From: Parcubacteria bacterium C7867-005
Lineage (GTDB): Bacteria; Patescibacteriota; Minisyncoccia; Phycocordibacterales; Zambryskibacteraceae
DNA: 48,768 bases
NCBI GenBank assembly: GCA_001189165.1
Contig: LFCO01000003.1
Location: forward strand, 1 to 48,768
Direction of reading: 5' to 3'
The notes beneath the pieces are model-generated. The model ran no database searches, was not told the origin of the DNA, and worked only from the letters and a program-made list of their open reading frames with translations. The position numbers were made by a program, and so were the translations under genes. Each line of letters opens with the position of its first letter. The first letter of the stretch is position 1. Positions 8,058-17,892 of the stretch are shown piece after piece.

Positions 8058-10553
8058 TTATCCTAGTCTATGGTGAGGAGCACTAATAAGACCGCACTGT
8101 TTGAATTTGTATATCTTGCCTGTTTCTGGATTAATTGCCCCACAAGGACATGGATCATTTCGACCGATATCTTTAGAAGATGTAGCGAACCTATTAGAAT
8201 CTGACACGGACATTGCCTCTAATTCTATTGTTGATGCTTCAACTTTCTTCAAAGACTCTGGCTCAAGTGCTATCAAAAATTCAGCAACATGCTTTGACAC
8301 AGAGAATTCCATTTCCTTAAAAAACCGCAAACCTTCTTTTTTGTACTCTACCAAAGGATCCCTCTGTCCATAGGCACGCAGATTTACCGAACCCCTTAAA
8401 TACTCCATCATTTCTAGATGGTCAACCCAAAACATATCTATCGTCTGTAAAATTACCCTACGAAGAGCGTCCAGAACAACCGGATCTTCCAATGAAGATA
8501 TTTTATTTAACAATTTTTTTGATAAATCCTGTTCTATCTGATCAGCAACCGAATGCAAATAGTCGTCTATGTCTCCCTTATCTCCAGATAGAATTTTCCT
8601 CCTCTGTCCATAGATGACAGACCTCTGGTGGTTCAAAACGTCATCGAAATCGAGAACGTGTTTCCTGGCATCAAAATTGAACCCTTCTATCTTTTCTTGT
8701 GCCTTTTCCAAAGATCTAGTGATGAGTTTATTCTGAATCGGTTCATCTTCAGGTATGTTAAACCTACCCATCATAGACTTGATACTATCTGTGGCAAAAA
8801 TCCTCATCAAGTTGTCTTCTAAACTCACAAAAAACTGAGTTTCTCCTGGGTCTCCTTGCCTGCCCGACCTTCCTCTTAGCTGATTATCAATTCTGCGAGC
8901 GTCATGCCTTTCAGTACCGAGAACAAAAAGTCCTCCGAGCTCCTTAACTTCATCTGAAGCGTCCTTGGATCCTGGATTACCGCCCAGTTTTATATCAACT
9001 CCTCTGCCAGCCATATTCGTAGCAATAGTGACCGCTCCCCTTTTACCAGCTTGAGCAATAATTTCTCCCTCCCTCTCATGATTCTTTGCATTCAAAATCT
9101 CATGGTTGATACCCTCTGAAGTTAGGTGAGCAGAAAGCAATTCATTGTGTTCTATAGATACTGTGCCAATGAGAACGGGCTGGCCCTTGGTATTTAGCTC
9201 TTTAACCTTATTAGAAACCGCCTTCATCTTGCCATTTTGTGTTTGAAATATTAAATCATTTTGATCTAGTCTCGACACCTTACGATTTGTTGGTATAACA
9301 AAAGTATCCAAACCATATACTTTGTAGAATTCTTCCTTGGAAGTTATGGCTGTACCGGTCATACCAGAAAGTTTTTTATACATTCTGAAATAGTTTTGAA
9401 AGGTTATAGACGCAAAGGTCTTGGACTCTTCTTTGATATTTACTCCCTCCTTGGCCTCAATGGCCTGATGCAGGCCTTCAGACCACCTTCTGCCTGGTTG
9501 CATCCTCCCAGTAAATTGATCAACAATAATAATCTCGCCATCTTTGACAACATATTCTTTATTATTGTTATACAGAGCCTGCGCGCGGACCGCCGTCTCA
9601 AGATGATGAACGTATTTCACTCCACCGGTTGTGTATATATTATCTATACCCAAAAGTGACTCTGCTTTAGTTATACCCTTATCAGTAAGACTGATAGCGT
9701 GTAACTTTTCATCCACAGTAAAATCTTCTTCGAGAGTTAGCTTCGAAGCGATGGAAGCAAATTTACTATATAAATCTCCCGCAGTCCCAGTATTTGAAGA
9801 AATGATAAGCGGGGTGCGAGCTTCGTCTATGAGAATAGAATCTATTTCGTCTACAATCGCATAACTAAAGGGTCCTTGTGCCAAATCTGATTTTCTATAA
9901 ACGAGATTGTCTCTAAGGTAGTCGAAGCCAAATTCGTTGTTGGTTCCATAGATAATATCTGCTTTATAAGCCTCTTGCTTGGAAGTTGGGCGTAAAAATT
10001 CATGCACAACATGAAATGAACCTATTTCATCTCTCTCGTTATCCCTATTTTTATGTTCAGGGTCATATATATATGATGCGGCATGATTCAACACTCCAAT
10101 AGACAAACCAAGATAAGAGTACACTTGCCCCATCCAAACCGCATCACGTCTAGAAAGATAATCATTAACAGTAACTACATGCACGCCCTGACCAGAAAGT
10201 GCATTCAGATACGCCGAGAGGGTTGCTACCAAAGTCTTACCTTCCCCAGTACGCATCTCAGCTATTCCTCCCTTATGTAAAGCAATACCGCCCAGAAGTT
10301 GGACATCGAAATGTCGCTGACCAAGGGTTCTCATGGCAGACTCACGAACTACAGCGAAGGCCTCTGGGAGAAGACTGTCGAGTGACTCACCCTTTATAAA
10401 TCTTTCTTTAAATTCTACTGTCTTCAATCTAAGATCCTCTGGTGAGAGGTTTTTTAGAGTGTTTTCTAGAGTGTTTGTCTTATCCACCAATATCTGCCAG
10501 GAAGAGAGCATTTTTTCCTCTTCTGACTTAAATAAATTGCTCAAAAATGCCAT
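8058..10553 (-). CDS. secA: Preprotein translocase ATPase SecA
   Basis: ORF track, 834 aa from GTG 10562. ATG 10553 is preferred on promoter spacing. Shows DEAD-like motor motifs (MRTGEGKTLVATL, DEIDSILIDEARTPLIIS, TNMAGRGVDIKLGG) and a C-terminal Zn finger, CPCG...CG. Confidence 0.95.
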   Translation of the reverse strand: MAFLSNLFKSEEEKMLSSWQILVDKTNTLENTLKNLSPEDLRLKTVEFKERFIKGESLDSLLPEAFAVVRESAMRTLGQRHFDVQLLGGIALHKGGIAEMRTGEGKTLVATLSAYLNALSGQGVHVVTVNDYLSRRDAVWMGQVYSYLGLSIGVLNHAASYIYDPEHKNRDNERDEIGSFHVVHEFLRPTSKQEAYKADIIYGTNNEFGFDYLRDNLVYRKSDLAQGPFSYAIVDEIDSILIDEARTPLIISSNTGTAGDLYSKFASIASKLTLEEDFTVDEKLHAISLTDKGITKAESLLGIDNIYTTGGVKYVHHLETAVRAQALYNNNKEYVVKDGEIIIVDQFTGRMQPGRRWSEGLHQAIEAKEGVNIKEESKTFASITFQNYFRMYKKLSGMTGTAITSKEEFYKVYGLDTFVIPTNRKVSRLDQNDLIFQTQNGKMKAVSNKVKELNTKGQPVLIGTVSIEHNELLSAHLTSEGINHEILNAKNHEREGEIIAQAGKRGAVTIATNMAGRGVDIKLGGNPGSKDASDEVKELGGLFVLGTERHDARRIDNQLRGRSGRQGDPGETQFFVSLEDNLMRIFATDSIKSMMGRFNIPEDEPIQNKLITRSLEKAQEKIEGFNFDARKHVLDFDDVLNHQRSVIYGQRRKILSGDKGDIDDYLHSVADQIEQDLSKKLLNKISSLEDPVVLDALRRVILQTIDMFWVDHLEMMEYLRGSVNLRAYGQRDPLVEYKKEGLRFFKEMEFSVSKHVAEFLIALEPESLKKVEASTIELEAMSVSDSNRFATSSKDIGRNDPCPCGAINPETGKIYKFKQCGLISAPHHRLG

Positions 10554-10562
10554 AAGAAGCAC

Positions 10563-10571
10563 ATTTTAGCA
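10563..10571 (-). promoter_or_regulatory. Extended -10 TGcTAAAAT, 9 nt upstream of secA ATG 10553
   Basis: Minus strand reads TGCTAAAAT-gtgcttctt-ATG. Confidence 0.5.
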
Positions 10572-10583
10572 TATTTAGACAAA

Positions 10584-10616
10584 GAAAAAACGCTCCTTGC
10601 GGGGAGCGTTTTTTCG
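10584..10616 (-). terminator. Intrinsic terminator downstream of the small basic ORF
   Basis: aaaaaaCGCTCCttgcggGGAGCGtttttt: a GC stem flanked by A and T runs. It lies between the ORF stop (10630) and the secA promoter. Confidence 0.7.
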
Positions 10617-10629
10617 AACCACATTGAGA

Positions 10630-10725
10630 CTATGCTCGCTTCTTTGAAGCTTTTCTCTTTTTAGGAGCTGCTTTTCTTTTAGCGGCCTTTCTCTTTGGAG
10701 CTGCCTTTCTCTTTTTTGCTGCCAT
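10630..10725 (-). CDS. 31-aa lysine/arginine/alanine-rich peptide (histone-H1-like composition)
   Basis: Below the ORF-track size cutoff. Manual translation gives MAAKKRKAAPKRKAAKRKAAPKKRKASKKRA-stop, with an internal KRKAAPK repeat. A strong terminator follows directly. No clear promoter or SD was seen. Confidence 0.45.
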   Translation of the reverse strand: MAAKKRKAAPKRKAAKRKAAPKKRKASKKRA

Positions 10726-10924
10726 ATTATTTTTTGCGTTCTGATCTTCAAACGCAGTTATTTATTAACGTCGCAGAGAAATATTACAAAAATATTTTTC
10801 TACGTGCGACTCGAATTAATTATCTTATGCAGAAGATGTTACTACAAGCATTTTGTAAGAAGATGTGTGGATAACTTTTAATTAAATTAATTTAATTTAT
10901 TTTTCTAATAGAAATAAATTGTGG

Positions 10925-13108
10925 TTAGTTCAATGTTCCGTTTTGAATTCCTAGAATATATTCTTCTGCTTTATCTTTATATTCTGGAATTTCTTTTATC
11001 AAGTTATTTAGAACTTCCAAAGCCTTTGCCCTTTCTCCAGACCTCAAATATGCTCCGGCCAAATCTACATATCCTTGTGATGCTTTTGGATTTAGCTTAA
11101 CTCTTTCTGACAAAAAGCTTTGCAAAAGAGCGTACCTACCCGTATCAAGCAATACCCTTGCTATACGATCGTCCCCGGCGATTGTGGGCAAATTCAATGT
11201 TTGAAGCAATGTATTTATTAATGCACTATCGTTTGTGTAGAGTGCTCCAAGGAAATAGAAAATCTGCGCTTCGTTATATTTAGGGGCCATGTCGTATGCT
11301 TTTTTGAATAGCTTCATGGCCTCTGGATAATTTTTAGTTGAAAGCAGAGTGGTACCTTGTTCTAAGTACACAACTTGTTTAGATGGGATTAGTTTTTCTG
11401 CTTTTTTCAAATAAGCCAGTGCTTCATCTGGAAAGCCTGCTCTACTGAAAAACGAACCAGCAATAATCATATGTCTCGCGTCATTCTCTGATTTCTTTGT
11501 CTGCTCTTCTAAGACTTTTTTGGTGTAATTGAAATATTCTGTCTTAGCTTCAGCTGCAATTCCACTAGAGAAAACATTGGACCCAGATGTAGCCAGCCAC
11601 TCAACAGTTTCTGGTCTCCCCAATCTTGATCCTTCGTATGCATTTTTGAAGTAACCCAAGGCGTCAGTCTTTTTTGAATCATCGGCTTGAACAGATTGAA
11701 GTCCGTGGATAAGGTTGAGGTTGGCACTGATCGGTTTTATGTTAACGAAATAAAGCGTAATGACCAAGACAATAACTACTGGCAAAACTATGAGGTACGG
11801 AGCTCGTATAGGAATATCTTTTACGTTTAACTTATTTTCTTTCACACCAACAGTTCTACTATGAACATACCCTAGGAATGAGAAGAACAATATGTAGCTA
11901 ATGAGATGATCAAACACAAACAAGTTGTGGAAGAAGTACCCAGCAAGTAAACCCGTGAGAACAGAGCTTTCAGCAAAGGATAGATTCGTACCTTTCTTCC
12001 ATACAGAATAAAGCAACACGATATAAAGTGAGAGATAGCTGATCAGACCAAGCATTCCCCCAGCGATGCCCCAGTCTAGGAATATATTGTGGGCTCGATC
12101 AAACCATGGCTCCAAACGAAACATCGCCGGACTATAATTCTTACTAAAAACATCACTGAAATTTTCCTGACCCCAGCCAAAGAGTGGTTTTTCTTGAATA
12201 CCTTTTATAGCCATGGGCCAAACAAAAGATCTACCCTCGGTTTCTATCTGAGCGAGACTGATAGAAGCAAACCTACTCAGGACTTCACTCTCTCTAACGA
12301 AGGCTGTGTTGCGGGCCATATAAAAACTACCAACCAGGATAAAGAGTCCAATCAAAATACTGAAACTAAATTTCTTCATACCTTTTGATTCTCTGTTCCT
12401 TACATTCAGTAGAGCCACCAAAAGCACTCCTCCGATTAGACCCAGTATGCTACCTCTTGTTGCTGTGTGGTAAAGAATAAAAACCTGACAAAAAACCAAA
12501 CCACCGTATATCCATCGAAGATACGATTCACTGTTTTGCCTAACGAAAAACATAATAGCCATAAATATATGGAACAACATATAGACAGCCAGATATGCAG
12601 CATTACCAAAAGTACCATCAACACGGACCCCTCCCTGATTTATCTCCGCTACCCCCAAAAGCTGAGAAGTGCAGTAAAGAACCATTATAAAAGATGCTAC
12701 TAGAGATGTGTTCCACCAATAGTGCCAGTTCTCCTGTTTAAATATAGATGTTGTTACCAAAAAGAATGCGCCTAAGTGGAGAAGGGTCACAAAACCTTCC
12801 ATTCGCTCATAATTAGACCAGAAGCTCTTCGCAGGAGATTCCCCGAGAAGATTAGCTAACCCGATAATCACAAAAAATGCCAACAGCGCATAAACTATGG
12901 CAGATCTTTTTGGTCTGTACTCTGGTGCCATGACCACCAGGATCAACCATGAGGCAAAAACAATTTCTATGATAATCCTGAAGGCAAAAGCCTTGGTCGT
13001 TATAAATGGGAAAAACAAAGAACTAGAAACAAGGAAGGGTACGAATGGTACTAAAAACAAACCGCCCAAAGCTATCCACTTGAAAGTATCTTTATTCATA
13101 GGAATCAT
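10925..13108 (-). CDS. O-antigen ligase/polymerase-like (Wzy_C-type) membrane protein fused to C-terminal TPR repeats
   Basis: ORF track, 727 aa with many TM helices. Has the RAHNIFLDWGIAGGMLGL ligase-loop signature and a TPR-like C-terminus (YPEAMKLFKKAYDMAPKYNEA). The alternative start ATG 13099 fits the promoter spacing better. Confidence 0.8.
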   Translation of the reverse strand: MIPMNKDTFKWIALGGLFLVPFVPFLVSSSLFFPFITTKAFAFRIIIEIVFASWLILVVMAPEYRPKRSAIVYALLAFFVIIGLANLLGESPAKSFWSNYERMEGFVTLLHLGAFFLVTTSIFKQENWHYWWNTSLVASFIMVLYCTSQLLGVAEINQGGVRVDGTFGNAAYLAVYMLFHIFMAIMFFVRQNSESYLRWIYGGLVFCQVFILYHTATRGSILGLIGGVLLVALLNVRNRESKGMKKFSFSILIGLFILVGSFYMARNTAFVRESEVLSRFASISLAQIETEGRSFVWPMAIKGIQEKPLFGWGQENFSDVFSKNYSPAMFRLEPWFDRAHNIFLDWGIAGGMLGLISYLSLYIVLLYSVWKKGTNLSFAESSVLTGLLAGYFFHNLFVFDHLISYILFFSFLGYVHSRTVGVKENKLNVKDIPIRAPYLIVLPVVIVLVITLYFVNIKPISANLNLIHGLQSVQADDSKKTDALGYFKNAYEGSRLGRPETVEWLATSGSNVFSSGIAAEAKTEYFNYTKKVLEEQTKKSENDARHMIIAGSFFSRAGFPDEALAYLKKAEKLIPSKQVVYLEQGTTLLSTKNYPEAMKLFKKAYDMAPKYNEAQIFYFLGALYTNDSALINTLLQTLNLPTIAGDDRIARVLLDTGRYALLQSFLSERVKLNPKASQGYVDLAGAYLRSGERAKALEVLNNLIKEIPEYKDKAEEYILGIQNGTLN

Positions 13109-13115
13109 GTTAGCA
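13107..13115 (-). promoter_or_regulatory. Extended -10 TGcTAACAT, 7 nt upstream of ATG 13099
   Basis: Minus strand reads TGCTAACAT-gattcct-ATG. The first ATG (13108) lies inside the hexamer. Confidence 0.4.
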
Positions 13116-13153
13116 CTGAATCCAAGTGGCTAGCAATAAAATCTTTTATCTAC

Positions 13154-13159
13154 TAGTAT
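13154..13159 (+). promoter_or_regulatory. -10 box TAGTAT, 7 nt upstream of ATG 13167 (leaderless-type)
   Basis: Plus strand reads TAGTAT-caaagca-ATG. Confidence 0.45.
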
Positions 13160-13166
13160 CAAAGCA

Positions 13167-14444
13167 ATGCAAGCACTAAAACAGAAGGCACATAATGCCC
13201 TCCGCCGGAGTGAGGGGTTCTTTAAAACAGACATGGTCTACCTGGCTAAAGGCGGATTTTGGCTCACTTTAACTCAATTCGTGGGGACTCTCTCGGCCCT
13301 CATACTGTCTATAGCCTTCGCCCACCTATTTTCAAAGGATGCTTATGGAACATACAAATACATACTGGCCCTCTCGGGCATTATAGGAACCTTTACTCTG
13401 ACCGGCCTCGGATCAGCTGTCACTCAATCTGTGGCCAGGGGGTTCGATAGTTCATTAAAGAAAGCGTTTAAAACAATGCTCAAGTGGAGTACTCTTATCA
13501 CAGTCGCGGCATTGTCGGGGAGTATTTATTATTATTTTAATGACAACCTATTACTTTCAGCCTCCCTTATCATCATAGGAATTGCTTCTCCGATAATCGA
13601 CGCGACATCTCTGTTTGTATCCTATCTGTCTGGTAAAAAAGAATTTAAAACTCTATCAGTTCTAAACATGATAGGAATACTGTTCCCAAATATATGCTTA
13701 GTGATAAGTTTGTTTTTTACAAAAAACGTATTGATGATAGTTCTGGTTTATTTTGCTTCATATGTATTGGTGCTATCACTTTCATATCTTTATACCATCA
13801 CTCGCTTCAGGCCACAGAGTCAGGATGATCCAGAAATAGTCAGCTATGCCAAACACCTTACCCTCCTGGGAATACTCAATGCAGTCGCTGATCAAATAGA
13901 CAAGGTGTTGGTATTCCACTATGTAGGAGCGGTCGAGCTAGCCGTTTATTCTTTTGCTGTGGCTCTACCCCTACAAATAAAAGGGACCCTTAAGGGCATC
14001 GCGGTTTTAGCATTCCCCAAGTTTGCTGAGAGACCAATAGAGGGAATCATGAAAGATATAAAACAAAAGATGCTCAGGCTACTGTTCATAACCGTATGTA
14101 TAGTGACCGTATACATATTGGTTTCGCCGTATCTATATAAGCTACTCTTTCCACAATATCTAGAATCGGTAATTTATTCTCAGGTGTTCTCACTTTCGCT
14201 TCTTGGATTTATAAGTTCTTTCCCGTCAACTGTGCTACAGGCTAAAAAATATATAAAAGGGTTGTATTGGGCCAACATGCTTGTGGCGATAACAAAAATA
14301 GTACTTCTATTTGTCTTTGTATACATGTGGGGCGTCTGGGGAGTGGTCATCGCTAGAATAACTTATGAATACATAGCCACAGCAATAGTTTGGATTATCC
14401 TTTCTGCGGTAACCAAAAACGAGAAGATGTCACCCGTGGTTTAA
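13167..14444 (+). CDS. Polysaccharide/oligosaccharide flippase (Wzx-like, MOP superfamily)
   Basis: ORF track, 425 aa, with roughly 12 hydrophobic segments. The N-terminal region is typical of polysaccharide biosynthesis exporters, and the gene sits in glycan-locus context. Confidence 0.75.
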   Translation: MQALKQKAHNALRRSEGFFKTDMVYLAKGGFWLTLTQFVGTLSALILSIAFAHLFSKDAYGTYKYILALSGIIGTFTLTGLGSAVTQSVARGFDSSLKKAFKTMLKWSTLITVAALSGSIYYYFNDNLLLSASLIIIGIASPIIDATSLFVSYLSGKKEFKTLSVLNMIGILFPNICLVISLFFTKNVLMIVLVYFASYVLVLSLSYLYTITRFRPQSQDDPEIVSYAKHLTLLGILNAVADQIDKVLVFHYVGAVELAVYSFAVALPLQIKGTLKGIAVLAFPKFAERPIEGIMKDIKQKMLRLLFITVCIVTVYILVSPYLYKLLFPQYLESVIYSQVFSLSLLGFISSFPSTVLQAKKYIKGLYWANMLVAITKIVLLFVFVYMWGVWGVVIARITYEYIATAIVWIILSAVTKNEKMSPVV

Positions 14445-14446
14445 GA

Positions 14447-15313
14447 TCAAGATCGACACACTCGGGCTACAACCTTTATACCGTATCTCTCATCCATGAC
14501 GAACTGTTTATCGCCTGTCATGGTAACCACATCGAAACCAGCCGTTCCTAAAGTCTTTCTTATTGTCTCCGCATTAAAGTGAACCACATGATCAACATGT
14601 ATTGGCCCAATACCAAAATATTTATCCAAATCTGGAATTTCAAAAATAAGCAGAGATTCGGGAGACATATGTTTCTTTATGTCATGTAAAATTTTTAATG
14701 GATCCCTCACATGTTCAAGTACGTGCCACATTGTGATCACATCAAACTTATCGTTTGGATCCACCTCAGACAAACTGTTGTATATTTTTCTGAATTTTTT
14801 CTCTGTAAGATGCCTAAAGTTTTGACCAGGTTCTACAGCATATGTGGCCACATTAGGATAATTCTCTAACATCCCCAAAAGAAAAGAACCTTCTGAAGAA
14901 CCTATATCCAAAACAGATCGAACATCTTTGGAAATAGTTCTCTGACCCATGAGATGCTTAATGAAGTCCAGATGTTTATTGGCTCTTTCTGGTGCGCTGA
15001 ACTCTTTACGAACCCTGTCAGTAATAAAGATAATTCCCCAATCTAATCCTCTGAACATTTTTGATGAATAAAACTTGTTTAAAAAACTTTCTGTAGGCAT
15101 GGGCTGACTAAAAACGAAAGAGCATTGGGGGCACTTCACTGTGGTCACATTTAATCCGTACCGGTCTTTTCTATATAAAATCTCAAAATTTGTATTATTT
15201 TGACAAATCGGGCACGGCACCGTCTCCGTATCCATACTTAAAGCTACTAACCGCTTATAAAAACTCCTCACCAATCTTCTCTTAAATGATTTCAGATATT
15301 CAAATATCATCAT
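14447..15313 (-). CDS. Class I SAM-dependent methyltransferase with N-terminal zinc-ribbon
   Basis: ORF track, 288 aa. Has CPICQ...CPQC, then the SAM motif I VLDIGSSEGSF and an acidic post-I region. Confidence 0.75.
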   Translation of the reverse strand: MMIFEYLKSFKRRLVRSFYKRLVALSMDTETVPCPICQNNTNFEILYRKDRYGLNVTTVKCPQCSFVFSQPMPTESFLNKFYSSKMFRGLDWGIIFITDRVRKEFSAPERANKHLDFIKHLMGQRTISKDVRSVLDIGSSEGSFLLGMLENYPNVATYAVEPGQNFRHLTEKKFRKIYNSLSEVDPNDKFDVITMWHVLEHVRDPLKILHDIKKHMSPESLLIFEIPDLDKYFGIGPIHVDHVVHFNAETIRKTLGTAGFDVVTMTGDKQFVMDERYGIKVVARVCRS

Positions 15314-16788
15314 TGCTTAAATTTATCACAAATTACCTTAACCAAACTCTCTGTCATAATAAGTTCTGATTCAGAATCAATAAATTTAATCCGTCTTTTT
15401 CTTAACTCGGCATCTGATGTTTGACTGATCTTCAGCAAATCATCATGAAGGTTACCGTCTATAAAAATCATATCTGCCAAGCCATTAGCAACCATCCCCT
15501 CTCCATAATCAATAGAGGTTTCAATTATGGCAACCGGGCGGCCCTGCTCGACCATGTCATACAAAAAGGTTGAATATGTGCCAATCGCCAAGTCAATGTC
15601 ATCAAGCATGTCATCGGTAGTACGAGCTAACTTGATCTTGTCTATATATGGCAATAACCCGTATTCTGAAATTTGCTCCATTTTTTCTTGATCCTGCCTC
15701 AGCTTAAACACGACTTCAATATCATCATATGCAAAAATCTTTTTTATATATTGAAAAATTTCTTTTTTTGGAGCATTTTTTTCATAAGGGATTAACACAG
15801 AAATACGATTGCTACTTTTTTTTCTTGGTATAAATGATCTATTTTTTGTTCCTCCTCCAACAATTATCTGATCTGGGAAAAAATACGTCCCCAAGCGGAG
15901 TAGTTCTCCCTTCCAGTACTTACTCCAGACAAAAGTCTTATCGGGACAAATATTTCGACCTGGTAAGTCTGTCATTTTGAGCCAGCCGACATGATACTTT
16001 GTAAAATGTCCGTGCTGTATAGAATAAAAATCGACACCAGAAAGTTTAGAGGCGATTATAATCTCATTTATGGTGCGCACATCATCTATGGCTAATATCT
16101 GTTTTACTGAAGAAAAATACAACAACCCTCTTAAAAAAAGTATCCTGTAACGAGATATCGACACCGAACTCCCATATTTAATAAGAATAGTAAAAATCAG
16201 ATCCCTTTCCTCTTTTGTAAAAGCCGTCATGTCTAAACTCCTCAGATATCTACTTAGTTTAAATTTATTAAAAACGACATTAAAAGATGATAGGAAGTCT
16301 GGGCTTTCTAAATAAACCACTGGGCGTGCTCGATATAGGAGATTTTTCAACATTCCTCGACCGATAACGGTGTGAACTATTTCAAAATAACTTGAAGATG
16401 TTTTCTGCAGAGCCTCATATAATGGATCGAGTCTAAAATCATTCTTAAATTTACCTGTGGTTTTATCCAAAGTAAAAACCAATATTTCTGTTCTAGCCAA
16501 TACTAAATATATCCCTGAAATAATAGAGAGGAGGAAAGTGAAGATTGCCAAAATAGACATTTTTATCAAAACAATAAAACTTGCCTTGGGAATTATGGCG
16601 TCAATATCTTTTTTGTTAGACCAGCCCAAGATATCTCCAAATATAGGCTGTTGATATGCTTGCCATAAATTATAGCCCTTGCACAAAAACAACAAAGATA
16701 GCTTCGGATCAGATTCAACGAATTTATTTAATTTTTGAAGAATGGCTAAGGAATACTTGTAATCAAGATACCCGTCATTGTCTTTCAT
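15310..16788 (-). CDS. Membrane-anchored protein of unknown function (possible surface-carbohydrate biosynthesis protein)
   Basis: ORF track, 492 aa with one N-proximal TM (ILAIFTFLLSIISGIYLVL). No motif I can name. ATGA-overlapped with the downstream methyltransferase. Confidence 0.6.
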   Translation of the reverse strand: MKDNDGYLDYKYSLAILQKLNKFVESDPKLSLLFLCKGYNLWQAYQQPIFGDILGWSNKKDIDAIIPKASFIVLIKMSILAIFTFLLSIISGIYLVLARTEILVFTLDKTTGKFKNDFRLDPLYEALQKTSSSYFEIVHTVIGRGMLKNLLYRARPVVYLESPDFLSSFNVVFNKFKLSRYLRSLDMTAFTKEERDLIFTILIKYGSSVSISRYRILFLRGLLYFSSVKQILAIDDVRTINEIIIASKLSGVDFYSIQHGHFTKYHVGWLKMTDLPGRNICPDKTFVWSKYWKGELLRLGTYFFPDQIIVGGGTKNRSFIPRKKSSNRISVLIPYEKNAPKKEIFQYIKKIFAYDDIEVVFKLRQDQEKMEQISEYGLLPYIDKIKLARTTDDMLDDIDLAIGTYSTFLYDMVEQGRPVAIIETSIDYGEGMVANGLADMIFIDGNLHDDLLKISQTSDAELRKRRIKFIDSESELIMTESLVKVICDKFKQ

Positions 16789-16795
16789 TCACGAC

Positions 16796-16801
16796 ATTAT
16801 A
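16796..16801 (-). promoter_or_regulatory. -10 box TATAAT, 7 nt upstream of ATG 16788 (leaderless-type)
   Basis: Minus strand reads TATAAT-gtcgtga-ATG. Confidence 0.55.
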
Positions 16802-16847
16802 CCCCCATAGATAGCCATAACAAGCTTGTCTGTGTCTTGAGATTTTA

Positions 16848-16875
16848 TTGATAGTAATATTTTAAAGTGTATTAT
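16848..16875 (+). promoter_or_regulatory. Sigma70-like promoter TTGATA-N16-TATTAT reading into GC-rich cassette 1
   Basis: TTGATA at 16848-16853 and TATTAT at 16870-16875. The -10 coincides with the left copy of the 8-bp direct repeat. Confidence 0.45.
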
Positions 16876-16877
16876 CT
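16870..16877. repeat. Left copy of the 8-bp direct repeat TATTATCT flanking cassette 1
   Basis: An exact 8-mer also occurs at 17916-17923, immediately outside both composition boundaries. Confidence 0.5.
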
Positions 16878-16925
16878 ACTCGGAGTGCCCTTTGTAGCAA
16901 ACCAACGACCAACTGGAGAACCGAG

Positions 16926-17888
16926 ATGACCACGATCATGCAGCGAATCGACCGCACCGCGACGATTCCGATCTCTCACAGGGTGCCAACGCCCCCACCC
17001 CCGCAGTCCGTGAAGATCGAGGTTACTGGAGTGTGTAACCTCAGATGTGGTTTCTGCGCTCTTACCAAGCGCGATACCCAGCCCACGAAACCCATGTCCT
17101 GGGAGTTCCTGGAGAGGATGATCAGGGAGTGTAGGGAGTTCGGAATCAAGGAGATCGGATTCTTCTACATCGGCGAATCCTTCACTGCCATGGACATTCT
17201 TGTCCCCGGAATCAGGCTCGCCACCGAGCTAGGTTTTGAGGGCAGGTTCCTCACCTCGAATGCCACGGTAGCTACCCCAGACAGGGTCCGGCAAGTCATC
17301 GAAGCTGGGTTGACCTCATTGAAGTGGAGCGTCAACAACGATTCTCCGCATCAGTTCGCGGAAGTGACCGCGAGACCCGAGAGACTGTTCCATCTGGCCA
17401 TGGCCAACATCCGGCGGGCCAAGGAGGTCAGGGATGACGTCTTCGGTCGGACCGGCCATCGATGCGAGCTTTCGGCATCAAGGATCCGATACAACGATGA
17501 CCAGCATCTGAGGATGATCGAGTTCTTCAGAACTGAGGTCGAGCCATTCGTCGACCATGCCTACGAACTACCCCCGTACACGATGGGTGGATCCCCTATC
17601 GAGAGGGAGAGGGAGCTCGGAATCAATCCGACCGCAGGGAACCAGGGTCGGATCGGCGGTCTGGTGGCACCAATACCATGCTGGGCGGTTTTCACTGAGG
17701 CGCACATCACCTCATGTGGGATGCTCAGCGCATGTTGTTTCGATGCCAACGGTTCATGGACCATGGCAGACCTGAACGAGGTGTCGCTCGCAGATGGATG
17801 GCATAGCATCGCCTTCCAGAACCTGCGCAACGCACACCTCGAAGGTAACATCCGGGGTACCGCATGCGAGACGTGTGCTCTGTACTGA
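16926..17888 (+). CDS. Radical SAM enzyme with Cys-rich SPASM/twitch-like C-terminal domain
   Basis: ORF track, 320 aa. Has the CxxxCxxC cluster VTGVCNLRCGFCAL and the C-terminal cysteines CWAV...SCGMLSACCF...GTACETC. GGAG lies 7 nt upstream of the ATG. Codons are GC3-rich, unlike the neighbouring genes. Confidence 0.85.
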   Translation: MTTIMQRIDRTATIPISHRVPTPPPPQSVKIEVTGVCNLRCGFCALTKRDTQPTKPMSWEFLERMIRECREFGIKEIGFFYIGESFTAMDILVPGIRLATELGFEGRFLTSNATVATPDRVRQVIEAGLTSLKWSVNNDSPHQFAEVTARPERLFHLAMANIRRAKEVRDDVFGRTGHRCELSASRIRYNDDQHLRMIEFFRTEVEPFVDHAYELPPYTMGGSPIERERELGINPTAGNQGRIGGLVAPIPCWAVFTEAHITSCGMLSACCFDANGSWTMADLNEVSLADGWHSIAFQNLRNAHLEGNIRGTACETCALY

Positions 17889-17892
17889 TTCT

